From NCBI GenBank assembly GCA_044221725.1, contig JBGAON010000001.1, positions 672,001-736,000 of the forward strand: 64,000 nt of DNA, written 5' to 3'. The notes beneath the pieces are model-generated. The model worked only from the letters and a program-made list of their open reading frames with translations. It ran no database searches and was not told where the DNA came from. Position numbers and translations under genes: made by a program. Shown piece after piece: positions 20,902 through 30,975 of the stretch. Numbering within the stretch: position 1 is the first letter of the stretch; the number at the start of each line of letters is the position of its first letter. Origin of the DNA: Elusimicrobiota bacterium (GTDB lineage Bacteria; Elusimicrobiota; Elusimicrobia; F11).

Positions 20902-21206
20902 TTCACGAGAAACAGGATTTGGGTTTCCGAATTGTCGCCTTGGCGCTGGGCGCGCTTCTGATTCTAATGGGGGTGGTGCACCTGGTTTCAATAACGATGA
21001 ATCCGCGCATCGTTGAACAGACAAAAGCCTTTCCACCCAAACCGCGTCTGCAGGCAGATCCCGCACGCGAACTTACGCGATTGCGCGAATCGGAAGACGT
21101 CGTGTTAAAGAACTACGGTTGGGTTGATCGCTCGCGAGGCATTGTGCATGTGCCGATCTCTGATGCGACCGAATTGTATTTGCAAAGACAGCGGAGTCGC
21201 CCGTGA
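20898..21206 (+). CDS. Small membrane-anchored protein, ActG-like
   Basis: One TM segment, PPKPRLQ, YGWVDR...VHVPISDA; lies between actF and SCO. Confidence 0.7.
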   Translation: MIHEKQDLGFRIVALALGALLILMGVVHLVSITMNPRIVEQTKAFPPKPRLQADPARELTRLRESEDVVLKNYGWVDRSRGIVHVPISDATELYLQRQRSRP

Positions 21207-21979
21207 ACCGCACATTTGGAATGTTGCTTTTTCTGTTGGTCGTCGAAGCGTCGGCAGCGCCGAACAAAATGTTGGACAGCGTGAGCTTTGATCAAAATCT
21301 TAACGCGCAAATTCCGTTGGCGCTGGAATTCAAAGACGAACATGGGCAAGCGGTGTCATTGAAAAACTATTTTTCCGACAAACCGGTGATCTTAAGTCTC
21401 GTTTACTACGACTGTCCGATGCTGTGCACGGAAACATTGAACGGGATGGTGCGCGTGCTGCGATCCCTCAAATGGAATGTCGGCGACCAGTTCAATGTTT
21501 TGACCGTGAGTTTTAATCCGCGCGATACGTCCGCGCTCGCGCTGGCGAAGAAAAACTCTTATGGGAATCGTTACGGTCGCGCGGGCGCTGCGACCGGCTG
21601 GACATTTCTTACCGGCGATGAAGATAATATCGAGAAGCTTACGAACGCGGTCGGCTTCCATTATGTTTACGATTCAAAAGCCGATCAATACGCGCACTCG
21701 ACCGGCATTCTCGTCGTCACACCTCAAGGAAAAGTTTCCCGGTACTTGTACGGTGTCGAATATTCCGCGCGCGATCTGCGCCTGGCTCTGGTGGATTCCG
21801 TGAACGGAAAAATTGGCTCGCCGGTCGATCGAATTCTGCTCTATTGTTATCACTACGATCCGTTGACAGGAACCTATGGTGTGCGGGTGATGCGCGTGTT
21901 GCGGGTGGCCGCGTTCTTCACCGTGATATTCGTCTTGTTCCTGGCTGGGGCGCTGACGGTTTGGCCACGGGGTGCCTAA
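21203..21979 (+). CDS. SCO1/SenC family copper chaperone
   Basis: CPMLC (CxxxC), YAH copper ligand, LYCYHYDP. Confidence 0.9.
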   Translation: MNRTFGMLLFLLVVEASAAPNKMLDSVSFDQNLNAQIPLALEFKDEHGQAVSLKNYFSDKPVILSLVYYDCPMLCTETLNGMVRVLRSLKWNVGDQFNVLTVSFNPRDTSALALAKKNSYGNRYGRAGAATGWTFLTGDEDNIEKLTNAVGFHYVYDSKADQYAHSTGILVVTPQGKVSRYLYGVEYSARDLRLALVDSVNGKIGSPVDRILLYCYHYDPLTGTYGVRVMRVLRVAAFFTVIFVLFLAGALTVWPRGA

Positions 21980-22629
21980 TGGGAAACTTAACGTTTTTCC
22001 CGGAAGCGGCATCGGAAATTTCGCACGAGGTCGACGCGCTTATGCTGTACGTGCTCGGCGTTGCAATTTTCTTCTCGGTTCTCATTTCCACTCTCATTGT
22101 TTATTTCTCGATCAAATACCGGTTCCCGACAAGCGCGGATCGTTCGAAACCGGTTTCCTCGAACATTCTTCTCGAAATAGTGTGGACCGGAATTCCTCTG
22201 TTATTAGCGCTGACCATGTTCGCGTGGGGCTCGCGTTTGTTTATTCGCATGCACGAGCCGCCGCCGGACGCTATGGATATCTATGTGATCGGCAAGCAGT
22301 GGATGTGGAAAATGCAACATCCCGGCGGGCAGCGTGAGATAAATGAGCTGCATGTTCCGATTGGCCGCTCGGTGCGCCTTCGTATGACGTCGCAAGACGT
22401 GATTCACAGCTTTTTTGTGCCGGCGTTTCGACTCAAGCAAGATGTGTTGCCGGGGCGTACCACGTTCGCGTGGTTCGCCGCAACGCGGGCCGGCCGGTAC
22501 CATTTGTTCTGCTCGCAATACTGCGGCACCTCGCACTCGGCGATGGTGGGATGGGTGGAGGCGATGCCGCCGGCCGATTATCAGCGTTGGCTGAGCGACA
22601 ACGCCGGCCGTACCAGGGGCACGCCGTGA
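21979..22629 (+). CDS. coxB: Cytochrome c oxidase subunit II (CuA), without C-terminal cytochrome c domain
   Basis: [29 protein letters not shown]uA motif. Confidence 0.93.
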   Translation: MGNLTFFPEAASEISHEVDALMLYVLGVAIFFSVLISTLIVYFSIKYRFPTSADRSKPVSSNILLEIVWTGIPLLLALTMFAWGSRLFIRMHEPPPDAMDIYVIGKQWMWKMQHPGGQREINELHVPIGRSVRLRMTSQDVIHSFFVPAFRLKQDVLPGRTTFAWFAATRAGRYHLFCSQYCGTSHSAMVGWVEAMPPADYQRWLSDNAGRTRGTP

Positions 22630-24221
22630 AAAACTATCTAAACGATGGATACTCGGTGCGCTCATGGCTTCTTTCGACGGACCACAAACGCATTGCACTG
22701 TTGTATTTGTTTTCAATTACGTTTTTTTTCGTTGTCGGTGGTTTTGCAGCGCTGCTAATGCGGTTGGAGCTGTTAACGCCGGCCGGCGACCTTGTGCAAG
22801 CAGAAACCTACAACAAGCTGTTCACGATGCACGGCGTGACCATGGTTTTTCTTTTCTTAATTCCTTCAATTCCATCCGTGCTCGGAAATTTTCTTGTTCC
22901 GCTGATGGTCGGCGCGCACGACATGGCGTTTCCCAAGCTCAATTTGGCCAGCTGGTATCTTTTTATGCTGGGCGGAATTTTTACGCTGGCCGCAATGATT
23001 TTGGGCGGCGTCGACACCGGTTGGACTTTTTATGCACCCTACAGCAGTGTTTATTCCACGACACCGGTGATCACGATGGCGGTCGGAATTATTATTGCTG
23101 GCTTTTCTTCGATCCTTACCGGACTCAATTTCATGGTGACGATTCACCGGTTGCGGGCACCGGGGCTGACGTGGCCGCGACTTCCGCTTTTCATTTGGTC
23201 GATGTACGCCACGAGCGTCATTTTCATTCTCGGAACACCCGTGCTGACGATGTCGCTCGTCTTAATTGCGCTGGAGCGTGTGTGGCGCATCGGCATATTC
23301 GATCCGGCGCTCGGTGGGGATCCGTTGCTTTTTCAGCATTTGTTCTGGTTCTATTCGCATCCGGCGGTGTACATCATGATTTTGCCGAGCATGGGTGTTG
23401 TGAGCGAAATCGTTCCGTGTTTCGCTCGCAAACGCATCTTTGGCTACAACTTTGTGGCCGGCGCCAGCTTGGCTATTGCGGCGCTTGGATTTCTCGTGTG
23501 GGGACACCACATGTTTGTGTCGGGCCAGTCGGTATACGCGGGCCTGGCGTTCTCGTTGTTTAGTTTTCTCGTAGCCATTCCATCGGCTGTTAAAGTGTTT
23601 AATTGGACGGCCACGTTGCACAAAGGTCGCATCTATTTGCGCACGCCAATGCTGTACGCGCTTGGATTCATTGGCCTTTTCACAATGGGCGGGCTCACGG
23701 GCCTCATGCTTGCGTCGCTCGGACTGGATGTGCACGTGCACGACACGTATTTTGTGATCGCGCACTTTCACTACATCATGGTGGGCGGCGCTGTGATGGG
23801 ATATTTGGGCGCGATTCATTTTTGGTGGCCAAAAATGTCGGGTCGTCTCTATCCGGAATTCTGGGGAAAAATTTCGGCCGTCATTGTGTTTATTGGATTC
23901 AATCTCACGTTCTTCCCGCAATTTGTTCTCGGGTATCTCGGCATGCCGCGACGATACTTTCATTATCCGCCCGAGTTTCAAGTGTTGAATGTTTTCTCGA
24001 CGGCGGGCGCCTCCATTCTCGGTGTTGGATATCTTTTGCCGTTGCTTTATTTGATTTGGTCCTTTCGGTATGGAGCGTCGGCCGGAGACAATCCGTGGAA
24101 TGCCACGGGGCTCGAATGGCAAACCGCGTCGCCGCCAACAACGGAGAATTTCGCGTCAGCGCCGACGGTAACCGAGGAAGCTTACGCGTACGAAAAACGC
24201 ACGGAGGCGCCGCGTGTCTGA
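22626..24221 (+). CDS. coxA: Heme-copper oxygen reductase subunit I, type A2
   Basis: [20 protein letters not shown] (YS motif typical of A2), VWGHHMF, HFHY, GMPRRY. Confidence 0.95.
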   Translation: MKNYLNDGYSVRSWLLSTDHKRIALLYLFSITFFFVVGGFAALLMRLELLTPAGDLVQAETYNKLFTMHGVTMVFLFLIPSIPSVLGNFLVPLMVGAHDMAFPKLNLASWYLFMLGGIFTLAAMILGGVDTGWTFYAPYSSVYSTTPVITMAVGIIIAGFSSILTGLNFMVTIHRLRAPGLTWPRLPLFIWSMYATSVIFILGTPVLTMSLVLIALERVWRIGIFDPALGGDPLLFQHLFWFYSHPAVYIMILPSMGVVSEIVPCFARKRIFGYNFVAGASLAIAALGFLVWGHHMFVSGQSVYAGLAFSLFSFLVAIPSAVKVFNWTATLHKGRIYLRTPMLYALGFIGLFTMGGLTGLMLASLGLDVHVHDTYFVIAHFHYIMVGGAVMGYLGAIHFWWPKMSGRLYPEFWGKISAVIVFIGFNLTFFPQFVLGYLGMPRRYFHYPPEFQVLNVFSTAGASILGVGYLLPLLYLIWSFRYGASAGDNPWNATGLEWQTASPPTTENFASAPTVTEEAYAYEKRTEAPRV

Positions 24222-24834
24222 TCACGAACAAGAAAATTTGAACCGCGATGCGTCTCAAATCGGCATGTGGATTTTTCTTGCAACCGAAGTTATGTTTTTC
24301 GGCGGCTTGTTCACCGCGTACAGCGCGTTTCATTATCGGCACGCGGATGCGTTTGCCTCCGCCGGCGGCCACACGGATTTGTGGATGGGCGCTGTGAACA
24401 CCGCGGTGCTTCTCCTTAGCAGTCTTACCATGGCGCTCGCTGTCGAAGCAGCGCGAGGGACTTCATCGCGTTCGCTCCTGCGGTATCTTTTGGCGACGAT
24501 TGGGCTTGGTTCAATTTTTCTTGTGCTGAAAGGAATCGAATACGTTCATCACATCAATGAACATCTTTTCCCGGGGCCCACTTTCGACTACTCGCCGAAC
24601 AGCTTTCGCGGGCCGGCCGAGTTGTTTTTTTATTTGTATTTCACGATGACCGGCCTGCACGCGCTGCACATGATCATTGGCATCTTGGTTTTGGTCGCGC
24701 TCGCCGTGCTTGCAAAACACAGGGCCGGCGGCGTTTCGGATACGGCGGTCACATTAACGGGCCTTTATTGGCATTTCGTGGACGTCATTTGGATTTTTCT
24801 GTTCCCCATGTTTTATTTGGTTCGGAGCCGTTGA
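24214..24834 (+). CDS. coxC: Cytochrome c oxidase subunit III
   Basis: [30 protein letters not shown]. Confidence 0.93.
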   Translation: MSDHEQENLNRDASQIGMWIFLATEVMFFGGLFTAYSAFHYRHADAFASAGGHTDLWMGAVNTAVLLLSSLTMALAVEAARGTSSRSLLRYLLATIGLGSIFLVLKGIEYVHHINEHLFPGPTFDYSPNSFRGPAELFFYLYFTMTGLHALHMIIGILVLVALAVLAKHRAGGVSDTAVTLTGLYWHFVDVIWIFLFPMFYLVRSR

Positions 24835-24836
24835 AC

Positions 24837-25106
24837 GTGCCGGAGAATCACCAAAAGACATTGTTGAAAGTGGCGGTGATACTTTTGCTGTTGCTTGCAT
24901 TGACCGTGGGGCTCTCGTTTGCCCAGTTGGGCAAATTTGGTTTTCTCGTGGCGCTTTTGATTGCCGCGGCAAAGGCCGTCCTGGTGGTTTGGTTTTTCAT
25001 GGAACTGCGCGTGGGCAGCGAGACCGTGTGGATCATGTCGTTGCTGGGTTTCTTTTGGCTTTTTATTTTGATCGCTGGAACGTTGGCGGATATTTCTAAC
25101 GCTTGA
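24837..25106 (+). CDS. coxD: Cytochrome c oxidase subunit IV family protein
   Basis: Three hydrophobic helices, IAAAKAVLVVWFFMEL motif; start approximate (TTG 24831 or GTG 24837). Confidence 0.8.
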   Translation: MPENHQKTLLKVAVILLLLLALTVGLSFAQLGKFGFLVALLIAAAKAVLVVWFFMELRVGSETVWIMSLLGFFWLFILIAGTLADISNA

Positions 25107-25140
25107 AGGGCCCCATGCGTGGTTTGCTATACTCCGCCGG

Positions 25141-25181
25141 TCGCCGGTGAAGAGCCTGGCTCTTCATCGGTGATTTTTTTT
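25141..25181 (+). terminator. Rho-independent terminator after the ACIII/oxidase operon
   Basis: tcgccggtgaagagc-ctg-gctcttcatcggtga followed by T-run. Confidence 0.8.
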
Positions 25182-25182
25182 C

Positions 25183-25255
25183 GTGCCCGTAGCTCAGCTG
25201 GTAGAGCATACGACTTTTAATCGTAGGGTCGAGAGTTCGAATCTCTCCGGGCACA
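25183..25255 (+). tRNA. tRNA-Lys(TTT)
   Basis: Cloverleaf: acceptor gtgcccg/cgggcac, anticodon arm tacga-cTTTtaa-tcgta, TTCGA loop; CCA not encoded. Confidence 0.97.
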
Positions 25256-25265
25256 TATCAATAAA

Positions 25266-25337
25266 GGCCCCATCGTCTAACGGTTAGGACATCAGCTTTT
25301 CAAGCTGACGATCGGAGTTCGATTCTCCGTGGGGTCA
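25266..25337 (+). tRNA. tRNA-Glu(TTC)
   Basis: Acceptor ggcccca/tggggtc, anticodon arm tcagc-ttTTCaa-gctga, TTCGA loop. Confidence 0.96.
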
Positions 25338-25418
25338 AATTCCAAATAATCCTCCCGAAATCACGCGTCGTTTTTTCGAGCATAAATTCCCTAGAAAATT
25401 ACTCCAATCGCTACCAGA

Positions 25419-25474
25419 CTGTCACTGAATTGTCGCGGTCCTGTCCTCATCTTGTCTTACTTCTCGGTTATCTT
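25419..25474 (+). promoter_or_regulatory. Four 11-bp-period YTGTC direct repeats (Pho-box/OmpR-family-like) plus candidate -10
   Basis: ctgtcac(25419), ttgtcgc(25430), ctgtcct(25441), ttgtctt(25452); TATCTT begins 10 nt after the last unit. Confidence 0.55.
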
Positions 25475-25506
25475 CAGGCGAGAGCAAAAGGCGCACGGAG
25501 GCGGTT

Positions 25507-28347
25507 ACGAATCGAATAACGAAATCAAAGGGTGTTTCGCTGCCGGAATTGATCGTGGGAACGATGGTCATCGGTCTGGTCGTCATTGGTTCGGCTCGGT
25601 CTCTCGTGCCGGTTTACCGCGGCTACGTCCGGAATCAGCAAGTCCTCAAGATCGAACAAAAATTAAACACGGTAACGGATGTTATTCGCCACGACACCGA
25701 TAGTTTTGACTTGCCTTCTTTTACCCAACTCACGCCCGCCAAGCACCCCGCTTCTGACGCGCAAGTCGAAGTGCTGTACACAGTCCAAAATATTGATCCA
25801 ATCAGTCGGTCGCGGGACGTCAATTTAACAGCAACATGGATCGCCGGAAACAACGACGCCAATTCATTGGTGCGAACGCGAACATTCACCGTCATGAAAC
25901 TCCGGAATTCGTTGCGGAACGCAATGATTACTGGGACGGTCGTTCATCCAAATGGTGCGCCGGCGGTCGGCATAAATGTTACGGCTCCCGGACAGGTGTT
26001 GGCTCAGGTTTCTGCTGTAACGAACGCGAACGGTGAATATGCGTTGAGCAACGTGCTCGTTTCAAAAGATGGGATCTATATCACCGTCAATGGCGAATCG
26101 AAGCGCAATTATTTTCTCAATCCCGCTTCTTTTCACAAAGATTTCAAAACCGCCGAGACCAAGGAACAAACAACGGTTCAAATGCCTCCGATTGAGATTC
26201 GTCCGCCCGGAAAAATTCAAGGCCGCGTGACGATGGTAAATTCATCAAATGGTGTCCCCAACGTGAAGATTTTCGTGGTCCAAAAACAAATGATCATTAA
26301 TGGCGACTACAAACAAACGGCCATCACCGATGAGAACGGGGATTATGTTTTTACGGACGTGATCACGGGGCAATATTGGATTTACATGCTCGGAAACAAC
26401 AGTATCGCCGCTCATGGGAAACCGGCTGCTTTTGGTTATGACAAGACGACCAAATCCCTGCTCGATCCCGGCGATTACTATAAGTTTAACCCAACGAATA
26501 CGCACGCGACGGTGGACAGTGGCAGCACGGGCGACGCGTTGACAAAAAATTTCTCCGTTATCAAAAAAGGAGATGTGCATGGGACGGTCCGCACCGTTCG
26601 TTACGTCGGTGGTCAGTACGTTGTCGGCCAACCGCTGGCAAACCAAACGTTTCGATTCCAGAGATACTATGCGTTTACAAACATCAACTCTCCATCCCAA
26701 GGCACGTTGCTCGATTTTCGGAATACCACAGCGTTTCGCGACGTCTACTTCAATTATTTTGATTTGAGTTTAAGTAACTTCGGACCAAATTATGAGAGTT
26801 ATTACGATGAAGATTTGCCGTTCACAACGGATGCCAATGGAAATTATACGGTGCCAAATGTCGGGCCTTCGATTGTTGACCCGACTCAAGATATGTCGCT
26901 GCAATACACCACCGCTAAAATCGGTATCGGATCTTTTCAATACGATAACACGTCACAAAAGCCTGCCTCGCCGATATTTGTAGTGTTGCCGCTCACGTCC
27001 CCGCGTTTCGCGATTCCCGGGTGGGGCTCTTTTGAATATCGTCCAGCATATGTCCCTCCGGCCTCGCCGAATTTCACTCCGACACTCGGCGGACCTGTAA
27101 GTAGTGACGGTTCTCCGCTCACCCCTTTTAACAACACTTACGACGATCCTAACCTCGATGCGTTTGGTCATCCAAAGCTGTTTGCCGGCGTCGACAATGT
27201 GTACGACATCTACTTGCTCGAGCGGGAAGACGGCACGTTTGGCAACATCTATGGAGAAATTTCGAATTCGGACGGTTCGCCGTTTCCGTATTTGGGGTAC
27301 ACGCAGGCCGCCTTAACCGCGGAAGTTAGGGATATTGGAAGTATGAACTCCGTAACCCCTTTTGGTCTGTCGCCTTCATTTTGGTGCGTCGCTCCGGATT
27401 ATTCCACGCGCAATTGTTTTAATTTCAAATACAAAACCAATTTCGTGTCGAACTATTGGGTCGACTATCGTGGCTTAATTCCGAATCTCGATGCGACCGA
27501 CAGAACGCGTTTGTATTTCACTCAATACGGGCCGAGTACGATGGTGGATGTCTATATAAAGGGCAGCGTGCGCGCCTACCGAAAAACCCAAGATAATGGG
27601 AAATTTGATTTTGAGCAATTGATTCCTACCGATACCAATTTGACTCTAGCGGTCGAAGCGCGGCACGGTCAGGCATGGAGTACGGCTTTCCCGGTATGGT
27701 GGAATGAAAATCTTTCGGTTACGAATGGTCTCTTTGTCACCGGCGCGCACTCCAACGATACCTACATGGAGTATTTAGGGAAGGGTGTTGCCGACGTACA
27801 ACCGGGTCAGGATACCTATTGCCCTATTACCATTGATGATTCTCAAACACGCCAGCGTTGGGGTGGATTTGTGCTTCGGGTTACCGGCGGAGAGTGGACG
27901 CAATACATACAGGAAACCAGTGCGGGCGAATATGTTTATACGGACTACAATTCGGCGCACCCTGCTAACGAACTGACTGGGATGTTAAGCCTCTACCATA
28001 TCAGCAAGGCGAACGTGACGGGAGTCGTAAAGAATGCGGCGGGAAATCCAATAGCGAACGCTGTTGTGCGTTTGATGCGATCGTCCACCTACGGATATAT
28101 CGACCCGGTATATTATCATCCGGATTATCCGCCGCTCTATTTTCAAACAGGGGCCGATGGCCGCTTTACTTTTAGTGATGTGAAATTTGTCGAGTTGCAG
28201 GGAACGAATCTCAACATCAAGGTCACCGCATCAGGATATATTGAAGGAACCGATACGTCGGAAGCCATCGATGGTTTTTCTTGGACGCGAGATTTCACGT
28301 TGCTGACACCCGCCGTCACTGCGATCGTGAGCGATGGTGATTTGTAA
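25507..28347 (+). CDS. Large prepilin-type (PilV-like N-terminus) protein with carboxypeptidase-regulatory-like beta-sandwich repeats
   Basis: In-frame class III signal KSKG/VSLPELIVGTMVIGLVV lies upstream of the ORF-track TTG (25549); repeats of I.G.V....G.P....V / TD.NG.Y.F..V type; start codon uncertain (ACG 25507 after GGAGG). Confidence 0.75.
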   Translation, partial: TNRITKSKGVSLPELIVGTMVIGLVVIGSARSLVPVYRGYVRNQQVLKIEQKLNTVTDVIRHDTDSFDLPSFTQLTPAKHPASDAQVEVLYTVQNIDPISRSRDVNLTATWIAGNNDANSLVRTRTFTVMKLRNSLRNAMITGTVVHPNGAPAVGINVTAPGQVLAQVSAVTNANGEYALSNVLVSKDGIYITVNGESKRNYFLNPASFHKDFKTAETKEQTTVQMPPIEIRPPGKIQGRVTMVNSSNGVPNVKIFVVQKQMIINGDYKQTAITDENGDYVFTDVITGQYWIYMLGNNSIAAHGKPAAFGYDKTTKSLLDPGDYYKFNPTNTHATVDSGSTGDALTKNFSVIKKGDVHGTVRTVRYVGGQYVVGQPLANQTFRFQRYYAFTNINSPSQGTLLDFRNTTAFRDVYFNYFDLSLSNFGPNYESYYDEDLPFTTDANGNYTVPNVGPSIVDPTQDMSLQYTTAKIGIGSFQYDNTSQKPASPIFVVLPLTSPRFAIPGWGSFEYRPAYVPPASPNFTPTLGGPVSSDGSPLTPFNNTYDDPNLDAFGHPKLFAGVDNVYDIYLLEREDGTFGNIYGEISNSDGSPFPYLGYTQAALTAEVRDIGSMNSVTPFGLSPSFWCVAPDYSTRNCFNFKYKTNFVSNYWVDYRGLIPNLDATDRTRLYFTQYGPSTMVDVYIKGSVRAYRKTQDNGKFDFEQLIPTDTNLTLAVEARHGQAWSTAFPVWWNENLSVTNGLFVTGAHSNDTYMEYLGKGVADVQPGQDTYCPITIDDSQTRQRWGGFVLRVTGGEWTQYIQETSAGEYVYTDYNSAHPANELTGMLSLYHISKANVTGVVKNAAGNPIANAVVRLMRSSTYGYIDPVYYHPDYPPLYFQTGADGRFTFSDVKFVELQGTNLNIKVTASGYIEGTDTSEAIDGFSWTRDFTLLTPAVTAIVSDGDL

Positions 28348-28999
28348 GTCGGGTTATCGCAGCTCCACGCGCGCGGGAGTTACGCTCATCGAAGTCATCA
28401 TTATTGTCCTGTTGCTCACGGCCGCGATTGCGCTCGCACAGAAAGGGGTCGGGGTGGTTAACACGCTTGTTAATTTTAAAGCGAGCATGGAGGCACAAAG
28501 TATGGCGGACGCCGCCATCTCTCGACTGATTCAAGAACTAAAAAATGCAAATAACATTGTTACGCTCGAACCTGGAAAACTTGTGTTTACGGTATTTAAC
28601 ACGGAACGCGGTTACGATGTGAATCAATTTGATTTTTTGGATCCAGCCACGTTTGGCACGGTGGCGTACGAATTTGTCACGACTCCGCAGGGAGCTCGAC
28701 TCAAACGCACCGTGGATTTCCCGGCGGCGGCTTTGCGGCACGGCGTCAATGCGGCGTATCACGAAGAGGGGTTTCTCTGCACCAATATTTTGGTTCCGCC
28801 CGACACGAGCAATCTCGCGAGCGTCAAGGCAACGAGCATTTTTGCTCCGATATTCGGATGGACCGCGGCCCCCTTTTCAATGGTCGCCGCTGATAAACTC
28901 GATGCTGTTCGCATATCGTTTCGAGTGAAACCGCCGTTGGCCGTGCGAGCCGTGCGCACGTTCGAGCAGGATATCACGTTGCGATCGCGAGTGATTTGA
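28334..28999 (+). CDS. Prepilin-type N-terminal cleavage/methylation protein (PilW-like minor pilin)
   Basis: RAG/VTLIEVIIIVLLL class III signal with Glu at +5. Confidence 0.8.
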   Translation: MVICKSGYRSSTRAGVTLIEVIIIVLLLTAAIALAQKGVGVVNTLVNFKASMEAQSMADAAISRLIQELKNANNIVTLEPGKLVFTVFNTERGYDVNQFDFLDPATFGTVAYEFVTTPQGARLKRTVDFPAAALRHGVNAAYHEEGFLCTNILVPPDTSNLASVKATSIFAPIFGWTAAPFSMVAADKLDAVRISFRVKPPLAVRAVRTFEQDITLRSRVI

Positions 29000-30342
29000 T
29001 GCGACACCCAAAAACGAATAACGCGGGCTCCATGTTGGTTTACGCGGTGGTCATCGCGTTAACGGCCGCAGTTCTTTTTGCAGCGATCGGGCGAATTGCA
29101 CGTTACAACGCATCGCAGTTTGTTCATACCGAAGCAACAAATCGACTCATGCAAATTGCCGAGAAAGGATTGAACGAAGCAATCAGCGAATTGGGGCGCA
29201 ATTCGGATATCGCGTTGTTTGACACGTCCATCAAAGTAAGCCCGGATGATCCGTTAGCAACCTATCAAAATACCGTCCAACGGCGGGATATACCGGAACT
29301 GGGAATTTATTACATCAAGACCACCGTCAGCCGCACAACCAACGGTTCCACTGAAAAGGCTGCGCTGCATTCGTATGTGCGTGTGGTCAATGTGTCCGAC
29401 TATTTTGCTGCGGTTTCCGATGTGCTCACAATTTCACATGGCGCGGATATCAGTGGCGGGAAGATTTATGCACCCAAATTGGTGTTTCAATGGAACGATG
29501 GGAATTCAACGCCGACGCGCGTCGGTTCGGCGGCGTTTTACGATACGTGTGATCCACCCTTGGCCGGTGATAAAAGTTGGCCCGGAAATGTAAAACAGGA
29601 TGTGCAAATACTGAACACGCCGAAGAACGCACCGGTTCAATTAACGGCTCCTTTGTTTTTTCCGCAATTAAGCGATCAGGACATGGCGCGGTACCGAATT
29701 CTTGCTGGTCCGCACACCGTGCAAAACACGTTTTCCGGGGAAATCTACCCGCCCGGCTATTCCGATTTCACGACGAACGAAGCGGGGGACACCTATAATG
29801 ATTCGGGTGGAAACAGTCTCCACACCACCGAAAACACGCAGCATGTGTATTTCTTTGATGGTGATATTTATCTGCAAGGTCGCGTTCATGGTCAAGTGCT
29901 TTTTGTTGCGACAGGCGATATTCACATCACCGGCGATTTGCGCTGCGCTGATAATGCCGAGGCGTTGCCTGGAGGGGGCGCCGCCGATTCTTCCAAAGCG
30001 CATCAGCCGGTTGTTCTCACGAAAAAAAATATTTTTATCGACAAGATAACGGTGGATCCGAACGCGCCCGGCACGGTGACCGAAACAATTCAGGGTTTGT
30101 TTATCGCGCCGAACAGCTCGTTAATTCCTGTTTCGTACGGCAACGAAACAATTCACGGTAAATTGGTTCTCGATTTCACAGGGTCGTTGATTATGTCGAC
30201 GTTGAAATCGACTCCAACATTGCCGTCCATTTTTAAAGCCGGACGGACATATGCGTATTTGGATTCGTTGGCAACAAACACGCCGCCCTACCTGCCGGCG
30301 TTCGCGGAAATTCTGTACTCGTTGTTTGATCAATCCATTTAG
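28999..30342 (+). CDS. PilX-like minor pilin with large C-terminal domain
   Basis: NNAG/SMLVYAVVIAL (no Glu +5, as in PilX/GspK), IAEKGLNEA motif; third gene of pilin-like operon. Confidence 0.7.
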   Translation: MRHPKTNNAGSMLVYAVVIALTAAVLFAAIGRIARYNASQFVHTEATNRLMQIAEKGLNEAISELGRNSDIALFDTSIKVSPDDPLATYQNTVQRRDIPELGIYYIKTTVSRTTNGSTEKAALHSYVRVVNVSDYFAAVSDVLTISHGADISGGKIYAPKLVFQWNDGNSTPTRVGSAAFYDTCDPPLAGDKSWPGNVKQDVQILNTPKNAPVQLTAPLFFPQLSDQDMARYRILAGPHTVQNTFSGEIYPPGYSDFTTNEAGDTYNDSGGNSLHTTENTQHVYFFDGDIYLQGRVHGQVLFVATGDIHITGDLRCADNAEALPGGGAADSSKAHQPVVLTKKNIFIDKITVDPNAPGTVTETIQGLFIAPNSSLIPVSYGNETIHGKLVLDFTGSLIMSTLKSTPTLPSIFKAGRTYAYLDSLATNTPPYLPAFAEILYSLFDQSI

Positions 30343-30360
30343 TGGCGGAGGAGGTTCGCT

Positions 30361-30870
30361 ATGTTGAACAAATTTATTTTCGTGCTGCTTGTGTTCTGTG
30401 GCGTGTTGATTTTTGCTTTGTCACAACTTCATCGCGTTCCACCGGCGCTCCCCTCGCATGGAAGGGTGCTTACCCCGGAACAAGGCAGCACGGCGATGCA
30501 TGAACAACAACAAACGACGGCTCTTTCGAGTGTAACGGAGGCGATTCCTCAAGAGAAAGGCAATGCGGCCGGTGCTGTTGCAAACCGTATAAAAGAAATT
30601 CCGGTAACTCGAACCGACCTGCAGAAAGCCCCGGTCGGCGAATTTCAAGGCGCTCCCATCGAAGATTCGCGTTTCATTAAAAAATACACGCTCGAACCGG
30701 GAAAACTAAACTCGGTGCCGCAGCTCAGCCATCCGATGGTAATGACCGAAGAAAATGCAAAATTGATGTTGCGGCAACCGCCCATGCCAGCGATGTCGAA
30801 CCCGGTGAATGCCGCGCCACCGGCAGGATGGATGCCCTCGCCCCAAAATATGACCCGTGAGCGGAAATAA
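30361..30870 (+). CDS. Hypothetical membrane-anchored, Pro-rich protein
   Basis: GGAGG RBS, N-terminal hydrophobic segment. Confidence 0.6.
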   Translation: MLNKFIFVLLVFCGVLIFALSQLHRVPPALPSHGRVLTPEQGSTAMHEQQQTTALSSVTEAIPQEKGNAAGAVANRIKEIPVTRTDLQKAPVGEFQGAPIEDSRFIKKYTLEPGKLNSVPQLSHPMVMTEENAKLMLRQPPMPAMSNPVNAAPPAGWMPSPQNMTRERK

Positions 30871-30975
30871 CGGGCCCGTCTCGGTCTCCCGCACAACTCT
30901 TAAAATTGTACATTGTTACAGCTTATTTACGGTTTTTTAACCTCTCCTTAATTTCCGTATGTTAAAAGTTTGGAG

